A stretch of 64,000 nucleotides of DNA from Phycisphaerae bacterium (GCA_963675745.2 CAXXWX010000013.1:96001-160000), one strand, 5' to 3'; shown: positions 30,875 to 41,542, counted from the stretch's first letter. Numbers and translations are program-made. Notes: a model not told the origin generated them from the letters alone.

Positions 30875-31729
30875 ATGTCGCTCACGAGGATTTCACCGGC
30901 GAAGATCAACCTGACCCTGCGCGTGGGACATGCGCGCCCAGACGGTTTCCACGAACTGGAATCGCTGGTGGCACTGCTTGACCTGGGCGACACGATCACG
31001 GTCTCGCCACGGGGGGACGAGGCGATCAGCCTCAAATGCAGCGATCCGACAATCCCGCAAGATGAGCGCAACCTCGCATGGCGCGCCACCGCCGCGCTGC
31101 GGGAGGCAACGACCACCGCACACGGCGTTGACATCGTGATCGACAAGCGGATTCCCGCGGGCGGAGGGCTGGGGGGTGGAAGCTCCAATGCGGCGACGAC
31201 GCTGGAGCTGCTGAATGAGTTGTGGCAGCTTGAACTGCCCGCGGCGCGCCTTGCGACGATCGGCGCGACCATCGGATCTGACATCCCGCTGTTTTTCCAC
31301 GGGCCGCTCTGCGTCATGCGCGGGCGTGGCGAAATCGTCGAACCGCTGGACCGCAAGCTCGACGGATGGGTGGTTCTGGTCATGCCCGATGTTCACTGCG
31401 ATACGGCGGCGGTCTATCGCGCATTTGATGAGCTGTCAGCGCCGACACCCGGCCGAGCGGTTGAAGACGTCCTGGCGGCCGACACACCCGCGGCGATGAT
31501 GCCTCTCCTGTTCAACGACCTGGAGCGAGCGGCTTTGGACATCAGCCCCGACCTCGCAAGTCACCGCCTGTGTCTGGAAGACACGCTGGGTGCCGCCGTG
31601 CGCATGACCGGGTCGGGGGCGGTTTTTTATCACCTGTACGATACGCAATCCGCCGCCGAGAGCGCCGCCCAGGCGACGCGTGAGACATTCGCCGTACGCG
31701 TCGAGGTCACGCGACTGGCAAGCTCCTGA
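30875..31729 (+). CDS. ispE: CDP-ME kinase
   Basis: PAKINLTL, DGFHELES, KRIPAGGGLGGGSSNAA, GSDIP, MTGSG. Confidence 0.96.
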   Translation: MSLTRISPAKINLTLRVGHARPDGFHELESLVALLDLGDTITVSPRGDEAISLKCSDPTIPQDERNLAWRATAALREATTTAHGVDIVIDKRIPAGGGLGGGSSNAATTLELLNELWQLELPAARLATIGATIGSDIPLFFHGPLCVMRGRGEIVEPLDRKLDGWVVLVMPDVHCDTAAVYRAFDELSAPTPGRAVEDVLAADTPAAMMPLLFNDLERAALDISPDLASHRLCLEDTLGAAVRMTGSGAVFYHLYDTQSAAESAAQATRETFAVRVEVTRLASS

Positions 31730-31751
31730 GTGGCACGCACATCCGGCGGCG

Positions 31752-33797
31752 TTACAGCGGTGCCAGAACCTGCGCCGTGCGCGCCGGTAGATACGCCTGT
31801 ACGCTCTCGTGGCGATGATCCCAGCCGACTGGTTGGCAAGGGTACACGTCACCGGTGACGACGTTTGCGTGGCCGCCGAAGAACAGGTCATCGGTGCTCA
31901 GGACAATCCGGTAGTCCTTCTTTTCAGGTACGCCGAAGCGCACATCGGTGTATGACTCGGTGGGGTGGAAATTAAACGCGAAGACCAGCGGTCCGCGATG
32001 GAACACCAGCAGCTTGCGGTCCTCGTGCACCTGGATCATCGCGTAAAGCGGCTCGTGCAGCAGGCTGAATTCCGCGTCCAGCTTCATCATGGCGCGGTCA
32101 AACTCGGCCAGGTCACGATAGCGCAACAGCGGGTCGTCGACGAGCTGCCATTGGCGGCGCGCATACTTGAACGACCAGTTATTGCCCTCGCGCGGGAAAT
32201 CGACCCATTCCGGGTGCCCGAATTCGTTGCCGATGAAGTTCAGATAGGCCTCGCCGCCGAGCGCAAAGGTGATCAGGCGGATCATCTTGTGCAGCGCGAT
32301 GCCGCGCTCAATAACCAGGCTCTCGCTGTCCTTGTTCATGTGCCAGTACATCTCTTTATCCATCAGCCAGAAGGCGATGGTTTTGTCGCCGACCAGCGCC
32401 TGGTCGTGGCTCTCGGCATAGGCGACGTGCCGCTCGCCATATCGGCGGTTGATCAGCGTGTTGTATAGCTGCTCGATGGGCCAGGCGTCGTCGGCAGTGT
32501 GCTTGAGCAGCCTGATCCAGTTGTCAGGGATGCCCATCGCCAGGCGGTAATCGAACCCCAGGCCGCCCTCGGATACCGGCCGAGCGGTGCCGATCATGCC
32601 GGAGACGTCTTCGGCAATCGTGATCGCGTCAGGGTCGAGGTCGTGAATCAGCCGGTTGGCCAACTGCAAGTAAGTAACAGCATCATCGTCGGTGTGCGGC
32701 GGGAAGTAATCGTCATACGAGTTCACGCCGGCGCCGATGCCGTGATGCAGGTACAGCATGCTGGTGACGCCGTCGAAACGGAAACCGTCAAAGCGATACT
32801 CCTCCATCCAGAACCGTACGTTGCTGAGCAGGAACTGAAGCACCTCCCACTTGCCATAATCGAACAGCAAAGAGTCCCAGGCCGGGTGCTGCCCGCGACC
32901 GCCGCTGTGAAAGTACTGATGGTCCGTACCATCGAAGTGGTTCAGCCCCTCGTTGATGTTCTTGACGGCGTGGCTGTGTACCAGATCGAGAAAAACGCGC
33001 AGGCCCAGTCCGTGGGCCGTGTCAATCAGTGATTTCAGCTCTTCCGGCGTGCCGAAACGCGACGAGGCGGCGTACAAGCTGCTGACCTGGTAGCCGAACG
33101 AACCGTAGTAGGGGTGCTCCTGGATCGCCATGAGCTGGACGGCGTTATAGCCGGCGCGGGCGACGCGCGGCAGGATCTGCTCGGCGAACTCGCGATAAGT
33201 GCCGATGCGCTGCTCGGCGAGGGCCATGCCGATGTGGGCCTCGTAGATGCGCAGGCCGCCGTCGAGCGCGGGCCGCTTGTTCTTCCATTTGTACGGCTGT
33301 GGCGGGCACCAGTACTGGCCGCAGAAGTCGTGCGTTTTATCGTCATATTGGGTGCGCTGAATGTACGCCGGAATGCGGTCGCGCGGGCCGAAGGCGCTTT
33401 GCACATGCACCTTGACCTGGCCGCCGTGTATCAACCGCTCGCCAAACTCATCGTCTGGCAAGAAGACTGCCCAGACTCCATGCTCGCCTCTGGTCAGCGG
33501 ATTGGCGTCGCGATTCCACTCGTTGAACGTTCCAACCAGGGCGAGCGCGTTGGCTGCCGGCGCCCATTCACGGTACCAGACACCAGGCTTGCCATCGCGG
33601 TCCCCGCGATTGAAGCCGAATACCTTGTGGCCACGACTGATATCCGCCAGCGAACCGGCGTTATCCTCGATGCGCGTCAGCGTCTTCAGGAAGCGCTGGT
33701 AGCGCGCGCGTAGCCGATCGGCGTATGGTTCGAGCCACGGGTCCAGCTTGATCAGCCCCGTGCCATCGGTTATCGCTTCCGGGTCGTGTGGCTTCAT
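31752..33797 (-). CDS. glgB: 1,4-alpha-glucan branching enzyme (GH13, eukaryote-like type)
   Basis: IYEAHIGM, MAIQEHPYYGSFGYQV, DLVHSH, GFRFDGVTSM, AEDVSG, YAESHDQ. Confidence 0.95.
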   Translation of the reverse strand: MKPHDPEAITDGTGLIKLDPWLEPYADRLRARYQRFLKTLTRIEDNAGSLADISRGHKVFGFNRGDRDGKPGVWYREWAPAANALALVGTFNEWNRDANPLTRGEHGVWAVFLPDDEFGERLIHGGQVKVHVQSAFGPRDRIPAYIQRTQYDDKTHDFCGQYWCPPQPYKWKNKRPALDGGLRIYEAHIGMALAEQRIGTYREFAEQILPRVARAGYNAVQLMAIQEHPYYGSFGYQVSSLYAASSRFGTPEELKSLIDTAHGLGLRVFLDLVHSHAVKNINEGLNHFDGTDHQYFHSGGRGQHPAWDSLLFDYGKWEVLQFLLSNVRFWMEEYRFDGFRFDGVTSMLYLHHGIGAGVNSYDDYFPPHTDDDAVTYLQLANRLIHDLDPDAITIAEDVSGMIGTARPVSEGGLGFDYRLAMGIPDNWIRLLKHTADDAWPIEQLYNTLINRRYGERHVAYAESHDQALVGDKTIAFWLMDKEMYWHMNKDSESLVIERGIALHKMIRLITFALGGEAYLNFIGNEFGHPEWVDFPREGNNWSFKYARRQWQLVDDPLLRYRDLAEFDRAMMKLDAEFSLLHEPLYAMIQVHEDRKLLVFHRGPLVFAFNFHPTESYTDVRFGVPEKKDYRIVLSTDDLFFGGHANVVTGDVYPCQPVGWDHRHESVQAYLPARTAQVLAPL

Positions 33798-33948
33798 GTG
33801 CGGTTTCCTGCGGCACTGGTCCCATAGTGTGTGGGCTCGGCTCAGGCGGCGCGACGCGCACCTTGCGGATCGGTGCCGCCGTGCTCACGTCCCAAGCCGA
33901 GCCCACATTGTCATGGGCGCGTTACTCTGTGGCTCCGCGGTGTCCGCT

Positions 33949-35379
33949 TTACGGGAGCCGGTCGATCACGATGAATCCGAGCACCCACGTGTCGGTTGCT
34001 ATGCAACCCGAGCTGACCTCCTGCTTCAGGGCTCTGAACGCCACGGTGTCTGCCGAGCAGCCCACGTCGGTTGCCATCACGCGCCCGGTGAGCGTCTGCC
34101 CGTCAGTAAACAGCTCCCAGCCGGCGCCGCTGTTCATCTGCAAGTACTCCAGATCGTTGTCGATCGGGCCGATACCGGAGATGAACCAGCGTGCTCCGTT
34201 TGGTGTTATGGCGATCCTGCTGCCATAACCGACGCGTCCTATCTCGCCGCCACACTCCGTATTCGGCGTGATCTCATCGACCTGGCTGGCCAGCGTCGCT
34301 CCCGGCGCATCTCCGACGGCACCGACCGCGACGCGATTCACAGCGCTGGCGCCAAAGATGCTGTCCGCGGTCTCTTCGGCCACGAAGAATCCGAAGCTCG
34401 TACCGTTCAATGCCACCGGTGAGTTGACGGCGAATTCGCACCCGTTGGTGAACGGCGTTACCGTGCCGTCGCTCAGGTTCAGCAGGGCTGTCTTGTCCTC
34501 GAAGCCCTGGCGATAGATGATGTATCCACCGCCCATCTGAATCTGCACACTGTCCTTGAGGCCGTCGCCGAACAGGTCGAATTCGGTCGGCTGGTCCGTG
34601 GGGCTGTCGAGATCCCAGAGGAAGATCGATGAACCCGGGTTCTGCCCATACGCCGCGACCTGGCGCGTCTCCGCATCGATGGCCACCTGGTCAAACGTTC
34701 CCTCGAAGCCGGTCGGGAAGGCACAACTTATCACGGTTGGGGTAACGCCGCTGACGTCAATCACCTTGATGGCGTTACCATCGGTCACCTCGTCAGTATC
34801 GTTGACGGTCGCAACCAACTGGCCGTCGGATACCATGTGCCCGGTGTCACCGGCGTCTGACGGCAGCGCGTGCAACGTGATATCGCCGCCGGGAACATCC
34901 ACCGGCGCAGCGCCGGTGTCGGTGTCGAACACGGCAACTCGGTTAGTGCCGCGTACCAGGACGACCTTTTTGCCGGCGACGGCAAAGTCGCGCGCCCCGA
35001 ACAACAGGTCACTGTCCGGGATCATGGTTCCGGCGGTGGTATCGCTGGTTGCGCTGGATGGCGTCAGGTAGTAGACGCCTGCGCCGGGTATGCCCCAGAC
35101 GATCAGATCAGCGCCGACGGCCAGATGCCCGCTGGAATCCGTGAAGACGATGGCCGTCTTGATCAGGGCATCGAGCGTAACACCCCCGTCACCCCCGTCA
35201 CCCCCGTCACCTCCGTCACCTCCGTCGCCGCCGTCACCACCATCGATTGCGCCATCTCCGCCATCAACCGGTGTGGTGGTTCCCTGTGGGCATCCGGCGA
35301 TCAACGCGAGTCCCAACAACCCCAACAGGCACAGGTAGACCGGGTGCCTCAGCGGATACGTACACGTGTCAGCCTTCAT
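33949..35379 (-). CDS. Hypothetical acidic beta-rich lipoprotein with (GGD)n linker
   Basis: Lipobox IAGC; GAGGAGG upstream of ATG 35379. Confidence 0.75.
   Translation of the reverse strand: MKADTCTYPLRHPVYLCLLGLLGLALIAGCPQGTTTPVDGGDGAIDGGDGGDGGDGGDGGDGGDGGVTLDALIKTAIVFTDSSGHLAVGADLIVWGIPGAGVYYLTPSSATSDTTAGTMIPDSDLLFGARDFAVAGKKVVLVRGTNRVAVFDTDTGAAPVDVPGGDITLHALPSDAGDTGHMVSDGQLVATVNDTDEVTDGNAIKVIDVSGVTPTVISCAFPTGFEGTFDQVAIDAETRQVAAYGQNPGSSIFLWDLDSPTDQPTEFDLFGDGLKDSVQIQMGGGYIIYRQGFEDKTALLNLSDGTVTPFTNGCEFAVNSPVALNGTSFGFFVAEETADSIFGASAVNRVAVGAVGDAPGATLASQVDEITPNTECGGEIGRVGYGSRIAITPNGARWFISGIGPIDNDLEYLQMNSGAGWELFTDGQTLTGRVMATDVGCSADTVAFRALKQEVSSGCIATDTWVLGFIVIDRLP
35181..35243. repeat. 9-bp coding tandem repeat (CACCNCCGT-like x7) encoding GGD
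   Basis: cacccccgt x3, cacctccgt x2, cgccgccgt, caccaccat. Confidence 0.9.
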
Positions 35380-35962
35380 CGCAAGACCTCCTCGATTCAT
35401 AGGTGGGGCCAGACCCTGCCCGGAATGGTGACTTCCTCGCCACGGCGCATTATCACCGCGGCCCACGAGGCGTCAACCGAGGGGGTCGTCTGGGGGAAGA
35501 CTGAGGGGGCGGACAGGCGGCGTTGGGCGGCGGGTTGCATTCGACAGGCCGAAGAAGGGCGGTTCCACCGGGCCGATTTGACACGATTCCCCCATGCCGC
35601 TATTATCCTTCTGTATCCTGTGGACGATAAAGCCATTGGAGCAGCCAGGTTCCGATGGCTCAGCCAGACGCGTCGCGCGTCGAACACATCCACGCCTGGG
35701 GTTACTTAAGAGTGATATTGAATGCGTTTTGAAGACCAGCGGCTTTGTGAGCCGCTACGCCGTTTCCCCATTCCCATCCCCATTCCGACCAGAACAGTTT
35801 CCGCCGCGCCCGCCGCTATTGGGCAGCGCATCCTGGAGCAATCCCGGCCAGCGCAATGCCTGGAAGCCAAATTGCAGGCGGCTGAATGACCCAGCGCGCG
35901 TCGCGCAGCGGGCAGATTCACGACTTACCAAGCCAACAAGCGGTCGAGGCACGGCCCGACCG

Positions 35963-37417
35963 ATGGAGCGTCAAATGACACAAGCAGTAAGTAGTTACAC
36001 GGCAGCACCAGCGTCGCCGGATGAGCGACGATCACAGCAACGGACCTCCGGCAAGCGCCGCCACCTGCGGCGTCCTGAACGGCGGTCCACAAGCATCAGG
36101 AATGCCCCGCGGCGTGCGGAGTCCGTCGGGGCAGCAGGGGCGTTCGCCGATTTGGGATTGTCCCGCCCGCTGCTCGCCGCGTTGGAACGCGTCGGATTCG
36201 AGACGCCGACGGACATTCAGCGCGAACTGATTCCAGCCGCACTCACGGGCCGGGACTGCCTGGGACAGGCCCGTACAGGCACCGGCAAGACCGCCGCGTT
36301 CACCTTGCCCATGCTGCAACTCGTGCAGCCTGGTCTGGGGATTCAGGCACTGGTGTTAGTACCGACCCGCGAACTCGCGGCCCAGGTTGGCGAGCATGTG
36401 CAGATGCTGAGCCCCCAAAGTCCGCCGCGTACATTGGTTGTCTATGGCGGCACCAGCGTGGGATCCAATCTGCACAGCCTCCGCGAGCGAATCGACATCG
36501 TGGTCGGAACGCCCGGACGCATCCTTGATTTGATTCAACGCGGAGCGCTTGACTTGAACGGCGTGAAACTCGCGGTGCTTGATGAGGTGGATCGAATGCT
36601 CGACATCGGGTTCCGCGACGATATTCGCCGTATCATGGCGAAGGTGGCCCGCGAGCGTCAGACGATCTTCGTCTCGGCCACGCTTACCGAGGACATCCGC
36701 CGCCTGGCGCAAGGCATCATGCGTAACCCGACGGAAATCAACGTTTCGGCAGACTGCCTGACGGTCAGCGATGTCAAGCAGGACTACATGAGCGTTGATG
36801 CGCTCGACAAGTTTGAGGCCCTGCGCAAGTTCCTGAAGCGCACCAGCCCGCACCTCGCCATCGTCTTCACCCGAACGAAACACGGGGCAAGCAAAATAGC
36901 GCGCAAACTGGGGCGGGCGAACGTGGCTTGCGCCGAGATTCACGGCGGCCTCGCGCAAGCGCGGCGCACGCGAGTGCTCAACGACCTGCGCGCGGGGCGG
37001 CTGAAAGTGCTCGTGGCGACCGATCTGGCCTCACGCGGTCTCGATGTGACAGGCGTCTCACACATCGTGAATTATGATATCCCCATCGACCCGGCCGTTT
37101 ACGTCCACCGCATCGGCCGCACGGCCCGCATGGGCAACAGCGGCCATGCGCTCACCTTGGTGACGCCGGAGCAAGGCCGCGAATTGACCGACATCGAGAC
37201 GCTGATCAACCAGGAGCTGACCCGGGTCGATGCGTCCGTTCATGGGCGCACGAAAGACCAACCGGCTTGTGGTTCCTCGGTTAGTGGTGAAGCGCCAGCG
37301 GCCGCAGTGGGATCGCCGTGCGTGGTGCAGAGTGAACCAACGGATGCGGTGCCTGCCGGCAAGCGCCCACGTCGGACACTTGGAAGCAAGTTCCCGCGTT
37401 CGCGTCGCCGGCGCTAG
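35963..37417 (+). CDS. DEAD/DEAH-box RNA helicase (DEVD variant)
   Basis: Q motif, ARTGTGKT, PTRELA, TPGR, DEVD, SAT, HRIGRTAR; start uncertain (35963 or 35975). Confidence 0.93.
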   Translation: MERQMTQAVSSYTAAPASPDERRSQQRTSGKRRHLRRPERRSTSIRNAPRRAESVGAAGAFADLGLSRPLLAALERVGFETPTDIQRELIPAALTGRDCLGQARTGTGKTAAFTLPMLQLVQPGLGIQALVLVPTRELAAQVGEHVQMLSPQSPPRTLVVYGGTSVGSNLHSLRERIDIVVGTPGRILDLIQRGALDLNGVKLAVLDEVDRMLDIGFRDDIRRIMAKVARERQTIFVSATLTEDIRRLAQGIMRNPTEINVSADCLTVSDVKQDYMSVDALDKFEALRKFLKRTSPHLAIVFTRTKHGASKIARKLGRANVACAEIHGGLAQARRTRVLNDLRAGRLKVLVATDLASRGLDVTGVSHIVNYDIPIDPAVYVHRIGRTARMGNSGHALTLVTPEQGRELTDIETLINQELTRVDASVHGRTKDQPACGSSVSGEAPAAAVGSPCVVQSEPTDAVPAGKRPRRTLGSKFPRSRRRR

Positions 37418-37470
37418 TGCCGTTTCTGCTGGCCGCATTTCGTGCTTTGCCCCGCGCCTCATCGTAACAC

Positions 37471-37495
37471 GTAGCGGCCGGCGCCTCGCCGGCCG
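37471..37495 (+). repeat. REP-like family A copy
   Basis: GTAGCGGCCGGCGCCTCGCCGGCCG. Confidence 0.85.
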
Positions 37496-37699
37496 CGCGG
37501 TATCGGAGACGCCGTTGGCTCATTCCGCCCGGCAATGGCATGGCGCCGCCGATTGACGCATCTGGTTGGGGGACGGGGCCACAGACGCGCTCTTGTGTGG
37601 CCCGCGGCTCTCGGGGAAGATGGATGGTGGTAACCGCTGCCCCGATTGGAACGGGTTGCGGCTGACGCGCCTCGGCCCACGGCCACGGATCTGGCAATC

Positions 37700-38176
37700 A
37701 TGTCGACACCGGCCTCGGAGCATCGTGAGATCATTGGGTGGCGCGAGTACGTTTCGTTTCCCGAGTGGGGCGTCGACAGAATTGAGGCCAAGATCGACAC
37801 CGGCGCCCGCACGAGTGCAATCCATGTGAAAGATGTCGTGAAGCTGAAGGGCGGCCGTGTGCGCTTTCATCTCGTGACCAGACGCGGCAAAGCGGGCAAG
37901 CCGGACAAGACCGCCGTCGTGAGAGCCGACCTCGTTCGAACCACGCGCGTGCGTTCGAGTATCGGGCACTCGCAGGAGCGCTACGTGGTGGCAACAACGA
38001 TCCGCATCGGAGGCACGCGCCGGCGCATCGAGCTCAGCCTGGTATGTCGCGCTAGAATGATCTGTCGGATGCTGCTCGGTCGCCTGGCCCTGGAGGGCTT
38101 CCTGATCGACGCCTCGCGCAAGTACATCTTTCCGCGTCCGGCCAAGACCACAGCCAAGCCGAGGGAACGACGATGA
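37700..38176 (+). CDS. RimK-associated retropepsin-like protease (RimB/Zn_protease family)
   Basis: IGWREYV, AKIDTGARTSAIH, VRSS.G..ERYVV, MLLGR; ATGA overlap with rimK. Confidence 0.9.
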   Translation: MSTPASEHREIIGWREYVSFPEWGVDRIEAKIDTGARTSAIHVKDVVKLKGGRVRFHLVTRRGKAGKPDKTAVVRADLVRTTRVRSSIGHSQERYVVATTIRIGGTRRRIELSLVCRARMICRMLLGRLALEGFLIDASRKYIFPRPAKTTAKPRERR

Positions 38177-39384
38177 AAATTGCCATTCTATCCCGCAGCC
38201 CAAAGGCCTACAGCACCGCACGCTTGAAGCAGGCCGCCCGTGCGCGGGGTCACAAGGTCTTCGTGCTGGATACGATGAAGTTTGCCATTTCGCTTGAGCA
38301 GCGCTACCCGAATCTCTACTACAAAGGCAAAACGCTCAGCAGTTACGACGCGGTTGTTCCGAGAATCGGGGCCTCGGTCACGCACTTCGGGACGGCGGTC
38401 GTGCGACAATTCGAGCAGATGGGAGTGTTCTGCGCCAACTCCGCGCTCGGTATTGCTCACTCCGGCGATAAGCTGCGCAGTTTGCAGATTCTCAGCAAGC
38501 ACGACGTCGGCATCCCGGAGACCGAGTTCGTACGCGCCAAAACCGATGTGCTTCCCGCGATCGAGAGAGTGGGCGGAGCACCGGTTATCATCAAACTCCT
38601 CGAGGGAACGCAAGGTGTCGGCGTGATTCTGGCCGAGTCGCGCAAGGTCGCCGAGGCGATCATCGAGACCCTTCAGAGCGCCAAGCAGAACGTGCTGATC
38701 CAGAAATTCGTGGCCGAAAGCAAGGGCACGGACATTCGAGCCTTCGTGGTCGGCGATCGGGTAGTGGCCGCCATGCGCCGCACGGCGCAAGGCCAGGAGT
38801 TCCGCAGCAACGTACACCGCGGAGGCACGGCCGAGTCGATCACACTCGACCCGGCCTACGAAGAGACCGCCGTCAGGGCCGCACAGATCATCGGCCTGCG
38901 GGTGGCTGGCGTCGACATGTTGGAGGGCAAAGACGGGCCACAGATAATGGAGGTCAACTCATCGCCCGGACTCGAGGGCATCGAGCGGGCAACCAATGCG
39001 GATGTGGCGGGGGCCGTCATCGAGTTTGTGGCCGACCAGATCGCCTTTCCCGAGATGGACATGCGGCAGCGCCTGACGGTGAGCCGAGGTTACGGGGCCG
39101 CGGAGATACTGGTTTCATCGAAGTCGGATTTATGCGGCAAGGCCATCGAGGAAACCGGCCTGCGCCTCATCGATGTTGTCGTGCTCAGCATAACGCGCGG
39201 CAGGAAGGTGATTGCGAACCCCCGTGGCGCAAGGAAGCTGCGCTCCGGCGATCGGCTGCTCTGCTTTGGCAAGCTCGAGGCCATGCGCTCGCTGATCCCG
39301 CAGCGGAAGCGCCGACGAATCAGACGGCTGACCAAGAAGGCAATTCAGGAGGCGGCCAGCCCGGAGACGGCGGCGGGGGTGTGA
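38173..39384 (+). CDS. rimK: RimK-family alpha-L-glutamate ligase with C-terminal TrkA-C (RCK_C)-like domain
   Basis: YST.RL, PRIGAS, DKLRSLQ, GTQGVGV, FRSNVHRGG, EVNSSPGLEGIE; extension ending LRSGDRLLCFG. Confidence 0.93.
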   Translation: MKIAILSRSPKAYSTARLKQAARARGHKVFVLDTMKFAISLEQRYPNLYYKGKTLSSYDAVVPRIGASVTHFGTAVVRQFEQMGVFCANSALGIAHSGDKLRSLQILSKHDVGIPETEFVRAKTDVLPAIERVGGAPVIIKLLEGTQGVGVILAESRKVAEAIIETLQSAKQNVLIQKFVAESKGTDIRAFVVGDRVVAAMRRTAQGQEFRSNVHRGGTAESITLDPAYEETAVRAAQIIGLRVAGVDMLEGKDGPQIMEVNSSPGLEGIERATNADVAGAVIEFVADQIAFPEMDMRQRLTVSRGYGAAEILVSSKSDLCGKAIEETGLRLIDVVVLSITRGRKVIANPRGARKLRSGDRLLCFGKLEAMRSLIPQRKRRRIRRLTKKAIQEAASPETAAGV

Positions 39385-39397
39385 GCGTGTGGCAACG

Positions 39398-40474
39398 ATG
39401 AGGCCAATCCGCATCGGCACAACTCAGATCGAGCCCGGTCAACGGTGCGACACCGAGCTTACCGCGACCGAAAGCTACAGCGGCATACCGGTGCGCATTC
39501 CGGTTACCGTGTGGTGCGCGCGCAAACCGGGACCGTGTGTTTTCGTGACCGCCGCTGTCCATGGTGATGAGCTCAATGGCGTGGGAATCGTCCGCGAGCT
39601 ACTGCTGAACCCGCCATTCGAGCTCGACGCCGGCGCGCTGATTCTCGTGCCCGTCGTCAATATGCTGGGGCTGGATCGGCACCAGCGCTATCTGCCTGAC
39701 CGCCGAGACCTGAACCGCTCGTTTCCCGGGAACTCGACGGGAAGCCTGGCCAAGCGCTTTGCGCATGTGCTGTTCGAGGCGGTTGTACCTCAATGCGACT
39801 ATGGGATCGACCTGCACACCGCGGCACTGCGGCGCACCAACTACCCCAATGTCCGGGCTGACTTGCGGCAGTCGGAGACCAAGCGCCTGGCGTTTGCGCT
39901 GGGCAGTGAGCTCGTCATCAATGGCAAGGGCCCCGAAGGTTCACTACGCCGGTCGGCCTGCGCCGTGGGGTGCCCGACTATAGTGCTCGAGGCCGGCGAG
40001 GTGTGGAAGATCGAGCCGACGGTGGTCGAGTTTGGCGTGCGCGGCATCCGCAACGTGCTGATCGAGTTGGGAATGATTGCCGGTGCGGTCACGCCGCCGT
40101 CGTATCAGGTCCGCATCGACAAGACCAAGTGGATTCGCGCGGAAGTCGGGGGAATACTACAGTTTCACGTGGCCCCGGGAGATGTCGTCGAGGAAGGACA
40201 GGCCTTGGCGACGAACTCTGATCTGCACGGTCGCGAGAAGAACGTCATCCGTTCGCCCGTGGAAGGTGTTGTCATCGGTATGACAACACTTCCCGCGGTC
40301 ACGCCGGGTGATGCGATCTGCCACGTGGCGATTCCGCCGCGGCGTGGTATCCGAGCTATCAGGCGCGCGCGGTCACGTGCCCCGGATGAGGCACTCGATG
40401 AACGGGTCCGCGATGAGCTATCGACCAGCGTCTCGGTAACCGAACCTCGCGCGGGACATGCAGCGCGAGAGTGA
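39398..40474 (+). CDS. Succinylglutamate desuccinylase/aspartoacylase family protein (M14-like)
   Basis: AAVHGDELNG, RRDLNRSFPG, GIDLHT, lipoyl-like C-terminal part. Confidence 0.92.
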   Translation: MRPIRIGTTQIEPGQRCDTELTATESYSGIPVRIPVTVWCARKPGPCVFVTAAVHGDELNGVGIVRELLLNPPFELDAGALILVPVVNMLGLDRHQRYLPDRRDLNRSFPGNSTGSLAKRFAHVLFEAVVPQCDYGIDLHTAALRRTNYPNVRADLRQSETKRLAFALGSELVINGKGPEGSLRRSACAVGCPTIVLEAGEVWKIEPTVVEFGVRGIRNVLIELGMIAGAVTPPSYQVRIDKTKWIRAEVGGILQFHVAPGDVVEEGQALATNSDLHGREKNVIRSPVEGVVIGMTTLPAVTPGDAICHVAIPPRRGIRAIRRARSRAPDEALDERVRDELSTSVSVTEPRAGHAARE

Positions 40475-40570
40475 CATCCTCAGAGACGGCCCGCCGCACG
40501 ACGAAACTCGGCGACATCATGATGCGCGATCCGCGATCGCGCATTCGGGACGCTACACGCTGTGGGTGCG

Positions 40571-40885
40571 CTATCCGCTTGCGACAGGCTTGGAACAGCA
40601 CGCGTGGTCGCCCGCCGGGGCTGTCTTTTCCGCCGGCTTGCGCAGCCTGGCTTGGCGGGTGCCCGCATTGAGGACGTTCACGATCTCGTCGGCTGTGAAA
40701 CCGCGTTCGATCATCTGTTCCGTCAGGTCCGCCTCGCGCCGCGTCTGTTGAACCTTCCGCCACTCGATGGCGATGATGGACCCCAGCACGACGACTCCCA
40801 CCACAAACCAGACGGCCACCACGACCAGCAGATCTCGATCACCCAGCAGTGTGTTCCAGTCCATTTCAGCCAACACCGGCGACAT
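40571..40885 (-). CDS. Small single-pass membrane protein
   Basis: One TM segment, then READL..QMIERGFTADEI. Confidence 0.7.
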   Translation of the reverse strand: MSPVLAEMDWNTLLGDRDLLVVVAVWFVVGVVVLGSIIAIEWRKVQQTRREADLTEQMIERGFTADEIVNVLNAGTRQARLRKPAEKTAPAGDHACCSKPVASG

Positions 40886-41086
40886 GCCAATTCTCCATTT
40901 GAGAAAGCGAGCGGCACGCTTCGCGGACGAACCGTACGTAAGCGTATTCAGTATCGCCGAGCGATTATTGCGGTCCGGCGGGGATATTGTACGGAAATCA
41001 GGAGTGGGCGCGGGAAGTGCCGACGTGGGTCGTCACGCCGTGCCGAAAAGCAGCACCGCGCGTCAGCGACCAGCCCGATTTGGCAG

Positions 41087-41542
41087 CTATTCGAGAATCT
41101 TGATCGGTCGCCCGGTGTGCGATGCTCTGGGAAGCGGTAGTAGCCGGCCGATGGCGTAATGGCCCGGGCCGGCGATCAGGATGGGTGCCGACAGGCCGAT
41201 AAGTGCCAGGTTGTATTCAAACCCGCCGGCGCTGAGGAAGAAGCCGTTCTTGCCGTGTACGGTGGCGATGGCGCCGATCATGATCACGATGAGCGAGGCC
41301 GACGAGAATCGGCAGAGGAAGCCGATGATCAGCCCCGCGCCGCCGAAGAACTCACCGATGGCGACCGGATAGCCGATCGGCCCCATGTGCTCGACGGTTG
41401 CGGCCAGCCCCGAACCGCCGAACGCCCCGAACACCTTCTGCGCGCCGTGGGCGGCGAAGATGACTCCGACAACGACCCGCACGACGAGCAACGCGAAATC
41501 CACCGCCGGCCGATCCAGCGACACGGTTGGTCTTGCATTCAT
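41087..41542 (-). CDS. DoxX family membrane protein
   Basis: LLVVRVVVG.IF.AHGAQK.FG.FGG, EFFGG, GGFEYNL, GPG.Y. Confidence 0.92.
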   Translation of the reverse strand: MNARPTVSLDRPAVDFALLVVRVVVGVIFAAHGAQKVFGAFGGSGLAATVEHMGPIGYPVAIGEFFGGAGLIIGFLCRFSSASLIVIMIGAIATVHGKNGFFLSAGGFEYNLALIGLSAPILIAGPGHYAIGRLLPLPRASHTGRPIKILE

